Origin: Sedimentisphaera cyanobacteriorum
GTDB lineage: Bacteria; Planctomycetota; Phycisphaerae; Sedimentisphaerales; Sedimentisphaeraceae
Direction of reading: 5' to 3'
Assembly (NCBI RefSeq): GCF_001997385.1
Contig: NZ_CP019633.1
Coordinates: forward strand, 1,290,001-1,322,000
DNA length: 32,000 bases
Shown: piece after piece, positions 16,739-27,185 of the stretch
Layout: the number at the start of each line of letters is the position of its first letter
Position numbering within the stretch: position 1 is the first letter of the stretch
Position numbers and translations under genes: made by a program
Notes under the pieces: model-generated
What the model was told of the DNA's origin: nothing
What the model saw: the letters and a program-made list of their open reading frames with translations, nothing else
Database searches by the model: none

Positions 16739-17281
16739 AAGACAGGGGAGAGGCACACTATTAACGGACAATGGATGTTTGCTGCAGCAATGGCTTCGGC
16801 AATACTTACTTATGTAGTGGTTTCTCTGCTTACCTGCAAACAGAATTTCAACCTCGAAAAAATGCTCCATAGAGGAAAATATAAAATAGAAGGAGAAGAA
16901 GACACAAGAGAAAAACCTAAACGAGGCCTGAGCATCTTCGGGGTTACAGAAGAGTTTTCCAAGAGCGATAAATTTATTTACTTTATAACAATCTTCTGGT
17001 CTCTGGGCTGGATGGCGGTGTTTTTAATTGGAACAGCGTATGCTTTGATCTCCGGGGATACAACAACCATGGGATGGGCGAAATTCTGGCAGCTTCAGTT
17101 CTGGATATTAATAGCAGTTTCTGTAGTTGTTAGTATATGGCTCCTGATAGGCGGAATAAAAAATATGATAGAAATGTTCGTTGACCTGAAAACACTAAAG
17201 AGAAACGAATTGGATGACGGTAGAGTCGTGGGGAGTCATAATTTAAGCGATGAAAAAACCAGCCCGGATGGGGACGAATAA
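16739..17281 (+). pseudogene. 3' fragment of a multi-pass transporter (sodium:solute symporter-like C-terminus), 5' end replaced by IS3
   Basis: The ORF-track start (TTG 16718) lies inside the IS3 right inverted repeat. The remaining ~180 codons have three hydrophobic spans and an MLHRGKYKIE motif that I associate with long SSS-family C-termini. No N-terminal transporter core is present. Confidence 0.45.
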
Positions 17282-17482
17282 AATCAGGCTTAATAATTAG
17301 ACGCCTGTGAGAAAAATATTGATTTAGCACGGACGACTATACTTTATAATAAAAGAGCTCCGCTGAACACAGAGAATCAGCTTGGTTGATTTTAAGCAGC
17401 GTGAAGCAGCGAACAGCTTTAATGTGCTGATTACGGCCTTTTATTATTTGAGTTCTAATTTCGACGAAAGAAAAAGTTTAAA

Positions 17483-18232
17483 ATGAAAAAGATATTGGGT
17501 TTTATTATAATGGCCTCTTTACTTTTATTCGGCAATTCATGCAGTAAATTAGATATATCTGCAAATAAAGAAAAAACATATTCAGTTAAACGCATCAATG
17601 AGCCATTGGAAATTGATGCAAAATGGAACAAGCCTTTTTGGCAGAACATTGACCCGCTTACAGTTGCGCAGTATATGGGGGATAAGCCTGAGTTTATACC
17701 AAAAGTGAAGGCAAAGCTTGCTTATGACCAAGAAAACATATACGTCATATTCAAAGTTGACGACAGATACGTTAAAGCTGAAGCTGAAGGCTATAATTCA
17801 CCTGTGTGTCTTGACAGCTGCGTTGAGTTCTTTTTCACTCCAAGCGATAATATCAAGGACGGTTATTTCAATCTGGAAACTAACTGCGCAGGCACAATAC
17901 TGATGTACCACCAGCTCGAACGGGGCGTAGAAGCAAAACCAATGAGCGAAGCAAAGCTCGACCAGATAGAAATAGCTCACTCAATTCCGGGCTTAGTAAA
18001 GGAAGAGATAAAAAAGCCCTTAACATGGACATTGGAATATCGTCTGCCTTTAAGCATCTTGGAAAGCCGTTCAGCATTAACCAAGCCGGCATCAGGTACA
18101 ATATGGAAAGCTAACTTCTACAAATGCGCTGATAACACTTCTAATCCGCACTGGCTGACATGGTCATTCGTTGATAAGCCATACCCAGACTTCCATAGGC
18201 CTGAATTCTTTGGAACGCTGATTTTTGAGTAA
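17483..18232 (+). CDS. Secreted/lipoprotein-like carbohydrate-binding family 9-like (DOMON-like) protein
   Basis: 249 aa with a signal peptide ending LLLFGNSC. The body pattern (WNKPFWQNI, AKLAYDQENIYVIFKVDD, CVEFFFTP, YFNLETNCAGT, WKANFYKC) matches CBM9-like domains from memory. Confidence 0.6.
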   Translation: MKKILGFIIMASLLLFGNSCSKLDISANKEKTYSVKRINEPLEIDAKWNKPFWQNIDPLTVAQYMGDKPEFIPKVKAKLAYDQENIYVIFKVDDRYVKAEAEGYNSPVCLDSCVEFFFTPSDNIKDGYFNLETNCAGTILMYHQLERGVEAKPMSEAKLDQIEIAHSIPGLVKEEIKKPLTWTLEYRLPLSILESRSALTKPASGTIWKANFYKCADNTSNPHWLTWSFVDKPYPDFHRPEFFGTLIFE

Positions 18233-18261
18233 GCTTTGACTGCTGTCTGCGGTATTAATTT

Positions 18262-18298
18262 ACAAGTTAGGCTCTGCTTCGCTTAAATCCTAACTTGT
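18262..18298 (+). terminator. Possible terminator hairpin between convergent genes
   Basis: 10-bp stem ACAAGTTAGG-N17-CCTAACTTGT followed by TTTG. The U-tract is weak. Confidence 0.35.
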
Positions 18299-18331
18299 TT
18301 GAATGGGGATTATTCGAGCTGAATTAGATCA

Positions 18332-19225
18332 TTAGCCCCCAATGTGGGTATTCTTAAAATGAAGCGGAGAGCTTCCATGAAACTTTTTGAAGTTTCTTGA
18401 GAAATGGTACGGGTCTTCAAATCCTACTTCATAGCCCACCTCACGAATTGTCAAGTTTGTCGTTAATAATATGCTTGCGGCCTTGTTGAGCTTCAGCCTC
18501 ATTATGTATTCTTGAGGCGTGATATTTGAATACCTCTTAAACAATCTTGACATATATCTTATGTTAACCGAGCACGCCTCTGCAACATCCATAGGCGAAA
18601 TGATTTCAGAGAATTTTCCGTCAATGTACTTTTTGCACTTCCTGTATTTTTCAAGTGATAAGGTATGATTGTTTTCAGAGGGCGAAAGGCTTAATGTTTG
18701 CTCAAGAATAACAGCCTCAAGATACAAAGAGCACAGTCTTGAGGAAAGTTCCATCTCCTCTAAACCCTTTTCAAGGATCACTTCAGTTAGAAAATCAATT
18801 CGCGAAAAGTTAGTAACTTGAACTACTTTGCCATTGCCCAACCCCGCAGTTTCGAAAAGTTTACTTGCGTAAGTGCCAGTGAATGCAAGAAAGATATGCT
18901 CCATCGGGTCATCCTTATTGCACCTGTAGTGGTGAGGTGTACCAGGAGCAAAAGCCCCTATCGTACCCTTTTTGAGTTTATAATCTTGCGTATCAATTTC
19001 AAAAAAACATTCGCCCTTCGTTGGTATCTCAAGAACATAATACGGGTAGGTTCTTCTCTGTATCTCAAAATCCGGAGCGCATTCTTCGTATCCGCCAAAG
19101 ACAACAGCGAGCTTTTCTTTTGTATCCGGCTTGGTGTCAAAAAAGAAATATTTCGATTTCTCATCATTGACACTTCCCTCAAGGGCAAGATGCGTCTTCT
19201 TTTCTATTTGCTCTTTCTGTTTCAC
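18332..19225 (-). CDS. AraC-family transcriptional regulator (cupin-like N-domain plus HTH)
   Basis: 297 aa. The C-terminal AraC HTH reads LTIREVGYEVGFEDPYHFSRNFKKFHGSSPLHF. GTG start with GGGAGA upstream. It is divergent from the 19342-23221 operon. Confidence 0.9.
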   Translation of the reverse strand: MKQKEQIEKKTHLALEGSVNDEKSKYFFFDTKPDTKEKLAVVFGGYEECAPDFEIQRRTYPYYVLEIPTKGECFFEIDTQDYKLKKGTIGAFAPGTPHHYRCNKDDPMEHIFLAFTGTYASKLFETAGLGNGKVVQVTNFSRIDFLTEVILEKGLEEMELSSRLCSLYLEAVILEQTLSLSPSENNHTLSLEKYRKCKKYIDGKFSEIISPMDVAEACSVNIRYMSRLFKRYSNITPQEYIMRLKLNKAASILLTTNLTIREVGYEVGFEDPYHFSRNFKKFHGSSPLHFKNTHIGG

Positions 19226-19341
19226 CGCTTTCTCCCAAAGTTACTTATATCCATTATTATGTTACTTGGCTCTATGGAAGTCAAGGATAATTATGGGATA
19301 ATCAAAAAGCGAATTGCAATACTGAAAACAGAAAGCGCATT

Positions 19342-20208
19342 ATGATATTCAGCGAAAAATTTAAAACAAAAACAGAGTATGTCCGCCTTGTCGGCGACGA
19401 AAGAAGAACCGGAGAAACCCTTGCAGATGTTTCAAGAAGCTGGCAGGGAAAAGGAGAACGGTTTCTTTTTGTAAGCCCTCATGACGATGATGTTTTATTG
19501 GGTGCAGGGCTTTTTATGCAGCTTGCTGTTAAAGAAAACGTGCCTGTATATATAATGGTCGTTACAGACGGTTCAATGGGTTATTGCGATGAGAATGAGA
19601 AAAATTCGATTGCTGAGCTCAGAAAACAAGAGACCTATGAATGCTATATGTCTCTTGGCATACCTCGCGAGAATATAATCTGGCTTGGCTTTCAGGACTG
19701 TCGATTAAACAGCTGTCAGGGACGAAGGTTTGATGAGGGCGAGATGTCGCTTAAAGGGGCAGAAGGCCTTCAGAATTCATTCACCTATTGGATTAGAAAC
19801 ATAGCGCCCACCCAGTGTTTCCTGCCTACCTCAAGTGATATACATCCAGACCACAAGATCGTACATCAAGAGTTTTTGATAAGCCTGTTTCATGCAGCAG
19901 GCGATATATGGCCTGAGCTTGGCAAGCCTATATCAAAGGTTCCTTATGTCCATGAGATGGGTGTGTACTGCGACTTCCCTGAACCGCCCCATTTACGGGT
20001 TAAGGCGCCGTTTTCACTGCTTGAAAAAAAGCTGCAGGCAGTGGAAATGTTCAAATCACAAAAGCAGATCAGCTCACTCATTGAGATAGCCGAAAATTCA
20101 GGCCCTTATGAATACCTGCGAGAATTAAAGTATAAGCTTTATCATCCTGAAGCCTATTATGCGATGTTTGAACGCAGCCATCATTATTATCTGCAGAGGC
20201 AGAGATGA
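19342..20208 (+). CDS. PIG-L/LmbE-family N-acetyl-sugar deacetylase
   Basis: 288 aa with the family motifs VSPHDDDVLLGAG and DIHPDHKIVHQ. Confidence 0.8.
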   Translation: MIFSEKFKTKTEYVRLVGDERRTGETLADVSRSWQGKGERFLFVSPHDDDVLLGAGLFMQLAVKENVPVYIMVVTDGSMGYCDENEKNSIAELRKQETYECYMSLGIPRENIIWLGFQDCRLNSCQGRRFDEGEMSLKGAEGLQNSFTYWIRNIAPTQCFLPTSSDIHPDHKIVHQEFLISLFHAAGDIWPELGKPISKVPYVHEMGVYCDFPEPPHLRVKAPFSLLEKKLQAVEMFKSQKQISSLIEIAENSGPYEYLRELKYKLYHPEAYYAMFERSHHYYLQRQR

Positions 20209-20963
20209 GCATGAAAGACATTCTATACTTAGGCGATACCGACCTCCGGCAGCAGGGAGGATACCTTGCAGGGATTATGTCTTACAGCGGCATGAGTTTT
20301 GATTACCTCGCATCCAACTTACCTTTTGATGAGAATCTGCTGAAAAACAGCTACAAAGCTGTTGTGATAAGCGATTATCCTTCTTCAAATTTTACAGCAA
20401 GCCAGTTAGAGCAGTTAGCGGCGAAGGTAAAGCAGGGAACGGGCTTGATAATGATAGGAGGATGGGAGTCGTTTCAGGGGCTGGAAGGCAATTACAGCGA
20501 CACTGCCCTTGCAGAAATTCTGCCTGTCAGTATTTCAGAAAATGATGACAGGATGAATTGCTCCTCGCCCCTGCTGATATCAAGAGAATCCCTGCACCCT
20601 GCAGTTTCTGAGCTGCCCTTTGACAAGCAAACTCCTGTGATAGGCGGGCTCAACAAAGTTACGCCCAAGCCGAATTCTGATGTAATCCTGAAAGCTGTAA
20701 AGTTTTCGGCGGGCAAGACAGAATCCTCCTCATATAACTTCAGTGAAGAAAAAAGCTATCCGCTTCTTATTACTGGCTCCAGCGGGAGCAGCCGAACAGC
20801 TGCCTTTACCTCTGATGTTGCGCCGCATTGGGCAGGGCAGCTGCTTGACTGGGGCGAAACCCGAATACATGCGCAGGCAGAAGGCGCAGAAGCTATTGAA
20901 GTTGGCAATTATTACGCTCAGTTTTTCAGAAATATTCTTAAATGGTTAATGAAAGAAATATAA
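20205..20963 (+). CDS. Class-I glutamine-amidotransferase-like (DUF1355/ThuA-like) protein
   Basis: 252 aa. The segments AVVISDYPSSNF, GTGLIMIGGWESFQG and RTAAFTSDVAPHWAG resemble GATase1-like domain proteins. The start overlaps the upstream stop (ATGA). Confidence 0.45.
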   Translation: MSMKDILYLGDTDLRQQGGYLAGIMSYSGMSFDYLASNLPFDENLLKNSYKAVVISDYPSSNFTASQLEQLAAKVKQGTGLIMIGGWESFQGLEGNYSDTALAEILPVSISENDDRMNCSSPLLISRESLHPAVSELPFDKQTPVIGGLNKVTPKPNSDVILKAVKFSAGKTESSSYNFSEEKSYPLLITGSSGSSRTAAFTSDVAPHWAGQLLDWGETRIHAQAEGAEAIEVGNYYAQFFRNILKWLMKEI

Positions 20964-20979
20964 TAAGCAAGGGACAATT

Positions 20980-22194
20980 ATGGCAAAAGGCAATGCAATT
21001 ATAGGCCAGTCCGGCGGGCCGACATCAGTTATAAATGCATCTCTTTCAGGCGTAATAGAAAACGCTTTGAAATCTGAAAATATTGATAACGTTTATGGGA
21101 TGCGTTATGGGATAGAAGGTTTTATGGCTGGAGATATAATCGATCTTGGAGCTGAATCTAAAAGCTCAATCAAAGCTCTCAAAAACACCCCTTCAAGCGC
21201 TTTAGGCTCGTGCAGATACAAACTCAAAGATGAGGATATTCCGCAGATCATTGAAATTTTTGCTAAATACAACATACGTTTTATGTTCCTGATCGGCGGT
21301 AATGATACAATGGACACGATCCATCGCATCGAAGCTTACGCAAAGTCCAGCGGCTATGAAATAATTGCTGTGGGCATCCCGAAGACTGTAGATAATGATC
21401 TGTTCGGGACAGACCATACACCTGGATTCCCTTCAGCGGCAAGGTATATGGCACTTTCTGTAATGCAGGCGGGCATTCTTGCAAGAGATATGAAAAATGT
21501 TGACCAGTTCGTTGTGTACCAATGTATCGGAAGAGAAGCAGGCTGGCTTGTCGGAGCCAGCGGGGCAGGGAAGAGAAAAGAATTTGATGCTCCTCATATA
21601 ATGTGCTTTCCTGAACGCCCTTTTGACAAGGCAAAATTTCTGGCAGATGTAAAGAGATGCTATGACCAGTACGGCTTTGTCTCCATCGTTTGCGGCGAAG
21701 GGATCGCTTATGCAGACGGCACACCCGTATCAGACTCAGATACGAAAGATAGATTCAATAATGTTGAGTTCGGTGCAATGGGCGGAACAAGTGCAGCAAT
21801 GGCCCTGCACCAAATGACTGCAAACGAGTTTGGGTTCAGAGGAGAATTCCAGATCACAGAATCTTTGCCGATGTGCGCTGCGGACAGAGCAGCATCGCTT
21901 GATATTGAAGAGGCTTACATTTGCGGAAGAGATGCTGTTCAGCTAGCAGAAAAAGGCGTTACGGGTGTTATGGTTACTATTGAAAGATACGGCGATGTTT
22001 TCAATTATCACTCCAAGACCTCTACCGCTCCATTGTCAGAAGTTGCCGTGAGTGCAAAGCCTATGCCCGATGAATTTATCAATCCTGAAGGAAATTTTGT
22101 AACAGATGCCTTCTTTGAATACTTAACACCTCTTATCGGCGAGATGCCAAAGTATGCAGCTTTAAACTATAAACCAGTTCCATTAATGGCTTGA
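20980..22194 (+). CDS. pfp: Phosphofructokinase-family enzyme with PPi-type signature residues
   Basis: 404 aa with GQSGGPTSVINASLSG, IGGNDTMDT, IPKTVDNDL and TDHTPGFPSAARY. It has Asp at the E. coli Gly104 position and Lys at the Gly124 position, which are the PPi-dependent signatures as I recall them. The preceding Asp is Asn here. Confidence 0.7.
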   Translation: MAKGNAIIGQSGGPTSVINASLSGVIENALKSENIDNVYGMRYGIEGFMAGDIIDLGAESKSSIKALKNTPSSALGSCRYKLKDEDIPQIIEIFAKYNIRFMFLIGGNDTMDTIHRIEAYAKSSGYEIIAVGIPKTVDNDLFGTDHTPGFPSAARYMALSVMQAGILARDMKNVDQFVVYQCIGREAGWLVGASGAGKRKEFDAPHIMCFPERPFDKAKFLADVKRCYDQYGFVSIVCGEGIAYADGTPVSDSDTKDRFNNVEFGAMGGTSAAMALHQMTANEFGFRGEFQITESLPMCAADRAASLDIEEAYICGRDAVQLAEKGVTGVMVTIERYGDVFNYHSKTSTAPLSEVAVSAKPMPDEFINPEGNFVTDAFFEYLTPLIGEMPKYAALNYKPVPLMA

Positions 22195-22207
22195 AAGGAA
22201 AAATAAA

Positions 22208-23221
22208 ATGAATTATCAATCAAAATACGACCAGTTTGCATTGTGCCGTGAGATGCTTCAAACGCCTGATATTATCAGAAATTTTTCATTATTAGGCTGT
22301 TCGGAGCTTGTAAATTCTATAAAACAAATCGGGAGCCTTTTTCTTACAGGTGAGGGTTCAAGCCGAATATTCCCTGCCAAAAATGCTATATATAATGCTA
22401 TGGCTCAGGGCTCTGCATTAAAGCTTGCCACTGAAGGCGCAAGACAGGCAAGTGAATATGACCTCTCAAAAAGTATAGTGTTTGGAGCCTCTAACAGCGG
22501 CTCTACAAAAGAAGTTATTTGTCTTATAAACCAGCTTAAAGAAAAGGGACATATAAACTGCTATGGTCTTACCGCAAGAAAGAACACAAAACTTTCCGAA
22601 ATCTGCGACGACACGTTTGTTTTGAGCTGCGGTTGGGAGGAAGCAGTTGCTGCAACTAAAAGCGTAGCTGAACAGGCACTGTTCTATCAGGAGCTTATCC
22701 GGCAGGTGGAAGGAAGCAGCATTTCCCCCCTGCTCTCAGAACTTGCACACTCTGTGCAGGATGTTCTTCAAGTTGATGTACCAAGCGAGATTACTGATTC
22801 GATTGCAAATGCCGAGACGATCTATTTTGCCGGCAGAAATGACGGAGTTGCAGAAGAGCTTACGCTCAAAACAAACGAGATTACAAGAAAGAAAAGCGAC
22901 TACCTTGAGGGAACTTATGCCGTCCATGGAATCGAGGAAGTATTGAATAAGGATGATGCTGTTATCCTTATGAACCCCTTTAAGCCAGAGCTTGAAAAGA
23001 TCAAAGAAACGCTTGCAGACGGTGTTGGGCTTAATGTTATAGCAGTTTCAGATGAACAAACAATATTCCCGACTATCAAGGTTTCGCCGGTGCAGGGAGT
23101 AGAAGGATATACGTATCTTGCAGCTGGCTGGAACATTCTTGTCGAAGTTGGCGTGAGGCTTGGGATAGAACTTGATAAAGCTGAAAGAGCACGAAAAGTG
23201 GGCAATGAAATCGTAGGCTGA
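22208..23221 (+). CDS. Double SIS-domain sugar-phosphate isomerase/deaminase (AgaS/GlmS-C-like)
   Basis: 337 aa. The first SIS motifs are FLTGEGSSRIFPA and FGASNSGSTKEVI. A second SIS-like half reads IYFAGRNDGVAEELTLKTNE. Confidence 0.7.
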   Translation: MNYQSKYDQFALCREMLQTPDIIRNFSLLGCSELVNSIKQIGSLFLTGEGSSRIFPAKNAIYNAMAQGSALKLATEGARQASEYDLSKSIVFGASNSGSTKEVICLINQLKEKGHINCYGLTARKNTKLSEICDDTFVLSCGWEEAVAATKSVAEQALFYQELIRQVEGSSISPLLSELAHSVQDVLQVDVPSEITDSIANAETIYFAGRNDGVAEELTLKTNEITRKKSDYLEGTYAVHGIEEVLNKDDAVILMNPFKPELEKIKETLADGVGLNVIAVSDEQTIFPTIKVSPVQGVEGYTYLAAGWNILVEVGVRLGIELDKAERARKVGNEIVG

Positions 23222-23241
23222 AGCTAAAAACTCCCCTGAAA

Positions 23242-23288
23242 GCAGATCTGCCATAACTTTATAAGTTTTGGGAGATCTGCTTTTTTTT
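23242..23288 (+). terminator. Intrinsic terminator after the SIS gene
   Basis: GCAGATCT...AGATCTGC stem (23242-23280) with inner AACTT/AAGTT pairing, followed by TTTTTTTT. Confidence 0.8.
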
Positions 23289-23606
23289 GTGGGATATATT
23301 GCTCTGCAAAATTTGGGCGTGCCCTAAAAAACTGGCAATCTCGAAGGGATTCTCAGCATATCTCCCTGCGGCGAAACCGAACGCTTAAGCTGCCAATAAC
23401 CCTGCTGAGGCAAAATTAAATGTATACAAAGCTCTAAATTACTTATTTTATCCGACAGAAAAATATCATTAACTTTTAATCATATCCAATAGAACGCTTT
23501 TCAATCCTATATTTTAACAGAATCCCGCCAAAAACAGCTTTATTGCCCGCAGAGAAGCGATATAATAGCATCCTGCTTGAAATAAAAATTAAAAAGCTCT
23601 TTCTTA

Positions 23607-24299
23607 ATGAAAAGAAAGCTTCAAATGAAAATAACACCTTACGGCAAAAAATTAGACATAGACGGGCTTATGGAATCTCTGCGTATATCTTTCGATAACT
23701 ATAAGATTCCCATCGTAACACTTATAGCGGTTCAGGAGAAAGACCCGTTCAAGGTGCTTATCTCCACCATGCTATCTTCGAGAACGAAAGACCAGACAAC
23801 AGCAGCTGCATCAAAAAGGCTTTACGAAAAAGCAGGAACCCCGGAAAAGCTTGCAGGACTGGCTGTTGCAGATATCGAGAAACTCATCTATCCGGTAGGC
23901 TTCTGGCGTACAAAGGCCCCTCGAATAAAATCCGCCGCAAAAAAACTTATAGAAAGCTTTGATGGACAGGTTCCTCAGAGCCTCGAGGAGCTGATGAGCT
24001 TTGAAGGGGTGGGCAGGAAAACGGCAAATCTTGTGCTCGGCGAGGCATTCCGCAAAGAGGCAATATGCGTTGATGTGCATGTGCACCGAATATCAAACCG
24101 TCTCGGGATTATCGAGACAAAAACCCCATACGAAACAGAGCAGATGCTTGAAGAGGTGCTGCCCAGAAAGCATTGGATAAGGTACAACACCTATATCGTT
24201 GCACACGGCCAGCAGATATGCAAACCACTCTCGCCTCTTTGCTCTCAGTGTCCTATAACTTCCTACTGCAAACAGATAGGGGTTGAAAAAAGACGGTAA
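23607..24299 (+). CDS. nth: Endonuclease III (HhH-GPD DNA glycosylase/AP lyase)
   Basis: 230 aa with the HhH motif LMSFEGVGRKTANLVL and an Fe-S cluster motif, CKPLSPLCSQCPITSYC (C-x6-C-x2-C-x5-C). The start could instead be the Met at 23625. Confidence 0.9.
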   Translation: MKRKLQMKITPYGKKLDIDGLMESLRISFDNYKIPIVTLIAVQEKDPFKVLISTMLSSRTKDQTTAAASKRLYEKAGTPEKLAGLAVADIEKLIYPVGFWRTKAPRIKSAAKKLIESFDGQVPQSLEELMSFEGVGRKTANLVLGEAFRKEAICVDVHVHRISNRLGIIETKTPYETEQMLEEVLPRKHWIRYNTYIVAHGQQICKPLSPLCSQCPITSYCKQIGVEKRR

Positions 24300-24346
24300 A
24301 ACGTTAAACTTCTCGTTTGTTTTGTGAAGATTTTCAGGTTCGGCAA

Positions 24347-24856
24347 ATGGAAAAAAGCTTCAAAGTTATAAAAGGTGATATAACACAACAGAAGACTGAT
24401 GCTGTAGTAAACGCAGCAAATAAGACCCTGCTCGGGGGCGGCGGTGTTGACGGGGCAATTCACAAGGCCGCAGGCCCGATGCTTCTTGCCAAATGTGTTA
24501 CTCTCGGCGGCTGCAAAACCGGCGAGGCCAAAATAACACCGGGATACAACCTGCCCGCTGAATACGTAATTCATACTGTAGGGCCTGTATGGAGAGGCGG
24601 AGACTACAACGAGCATCAGCTCCTTGCAGACTGCTACAAAAACTCCCTCAGGCTTGCAGAAGAATACAGGCTCAGTTCTGTAAGCTTTCCTTCGATTAGC
24701 ACAGGTGCATACCGCTTCCCCCTGCCCGAGGCAGCGAAGATTGCAGTAAGAGAGATTGGTAAGTTTCTTCAAACTTCAAAAAACGTAAAGGAAATTTATA
24801 TGGTTGCATTCTCTGATTCTGCATACCTAACCTATAAACACGCACCAAAAGAATAA
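24347..24856 (+). CDS. Macro-domain protein (O-acetyl-ADP-ribose deacetylase, YmdB-like)
   Basis: IKGDITQQKTDAVVNAANKTLLGGGGVDGAIHKAAG, VIHTVGPVW and SFPSISTGAYRFP. I prefer ATG 24347 to the TTG at 24317. Confidence 0.88.
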   Translation: MEKSFKVIKGDITQQKTDAVVNAANKTLLGGGGVDGAIHKAAGPMLLAKCVTLGGCKTGEAKITPGYNLPAEYVIHTVGPVWRGGDYNEHQLLADCYKNSLRLAEEYRLSSVSFPSISTGAYRFPLPEAAKIAVREIGKFLQTSKNVKEIYMVAFSDSAYLTYKHAPKE

Positions 24857-24946
24857 ACTCTTAAGCACGATCACCTTCTAATAAACAGTTTTTTATGGCT
24901 CTATGAGTCAATCAGCAACTTTTTCATAATTTTATTTAGAATTGGT

Positions 24947-24974
24947 TTGACTTAGCTTCTCAATTCTATAGAAT
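24947..24974 (+). promoter_or_regulatory. Sigma-70-type rRNA promoter
   Basis: TTGACT (24947-24952), a 16-nt spacer, then TAGAAT (24969-24974). It is preceded by an AT-rich UP-like tract (TTTTCATAATTTTATTTAGAATT) and lies ~236 nt upstream of the 16S 5' end. Confidence 0.6.
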
Positions 24975-25007
24975 TCCACGTTCCTTGTCAGCGAAGGCTG
25001 TCGAGGA

Positions 25008-25020
25008 GTTCTTTAACAAC
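25008..25020 (+). promoter_or_regulatory. rrn antitermination boxA-like element
   Basis: GTTCTTTAACAAC, compared with the E. coli rrn boxA TGCTCTTTAACAA. Confidence 0.6.
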
Positions 25021-25038
25021 TTAACAGGGTACAGACCA

Positions 25039-25052
25039 GAATCGTTAGGAGT
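25039..25052 (+). other. 16S leader half of the processing stem
   Basis: GAATCGTTAGGAGT pairs with the trailer at 26817-26831 (14 bp, one bulged U). Confidence 0.65.
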
Positions 25053-25209
25053 GCTTTAATTTTTGCGGCTCGCACCGCATAATTAAGGCTTAAATAATAA
25101 CACAGGTGTGTTATAAATCATACTCCTTGCGAGAAACTGGAGTGTGAAGCATCCGTAAAAAAGAAATCACACAAATCGCTTAAACAGTAGATTTATGAGA
25201 TAAGGATTT

Positions 25210-26753
<1,544 letters not shown>

Positions 26754-26816
26754 GATGAAAAACTAAGCAGTAAGGCAATTAGGCCAAAATTTTAGCTGCT
26801 TAGCCTTTTACGTCAG

Positions 26817-26831
26817 ACTCCTTAACGATTC
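26817..26831 (+). other. 16S trailer half of the processing stem
   Basis: ACTCCTTAACGATTC is complementary to the leader at 25039-25052. Confidence 0.65.
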
Positions 26832-26851
26832 AGTGCCCTGATAAGAAATTT

Positions 26852-26886
26852 AAAGCTCGGTGAGTAATATCGCCGAGCTTTTTTTA
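26852..26886 (+). terminator. Intrinsic terminator directly after the 16S
   Basis: AGCTCGGTG-AGTAATAT-CGCCGAGCT hairpin (9 bp including one G-U) followed by TTTTTTT. It lies ~100 nt past the 16S 3' end. Confidence 0.8.
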
Positions 26887-27185
26887 ATGCCCACAGGCTT
26901 GGCCGCATTATAAACGCAGCTCGGAAAAAAAATCTCGCAGATTTATGCCGCATCAAAGTTTATTATCCACAGATGACACGGATCGCACAGATAATTTTAT
27001 GAATGTAAATCATTGCTATAAAATATCTTACAAAAATCTTCGTGTCCTTCGCTCCCTTAGTGGTTTAAACCAATCCCACAAAGTTTAAACAAATTCCCCG
27101 CCCAAAAATCCTTTCGATCCTGTCTAAAGATCGAGTTTTTCATTGTCAAGAGCTTATAAAAATTTATCGCCGAAATCATCATAGC

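Noticed and set aside
21281-21724. A 147-aa minus-strand ORF inside the PFK gene.
   Set aside because: It is a shadow ORF opposite a well-supported coding sequence.
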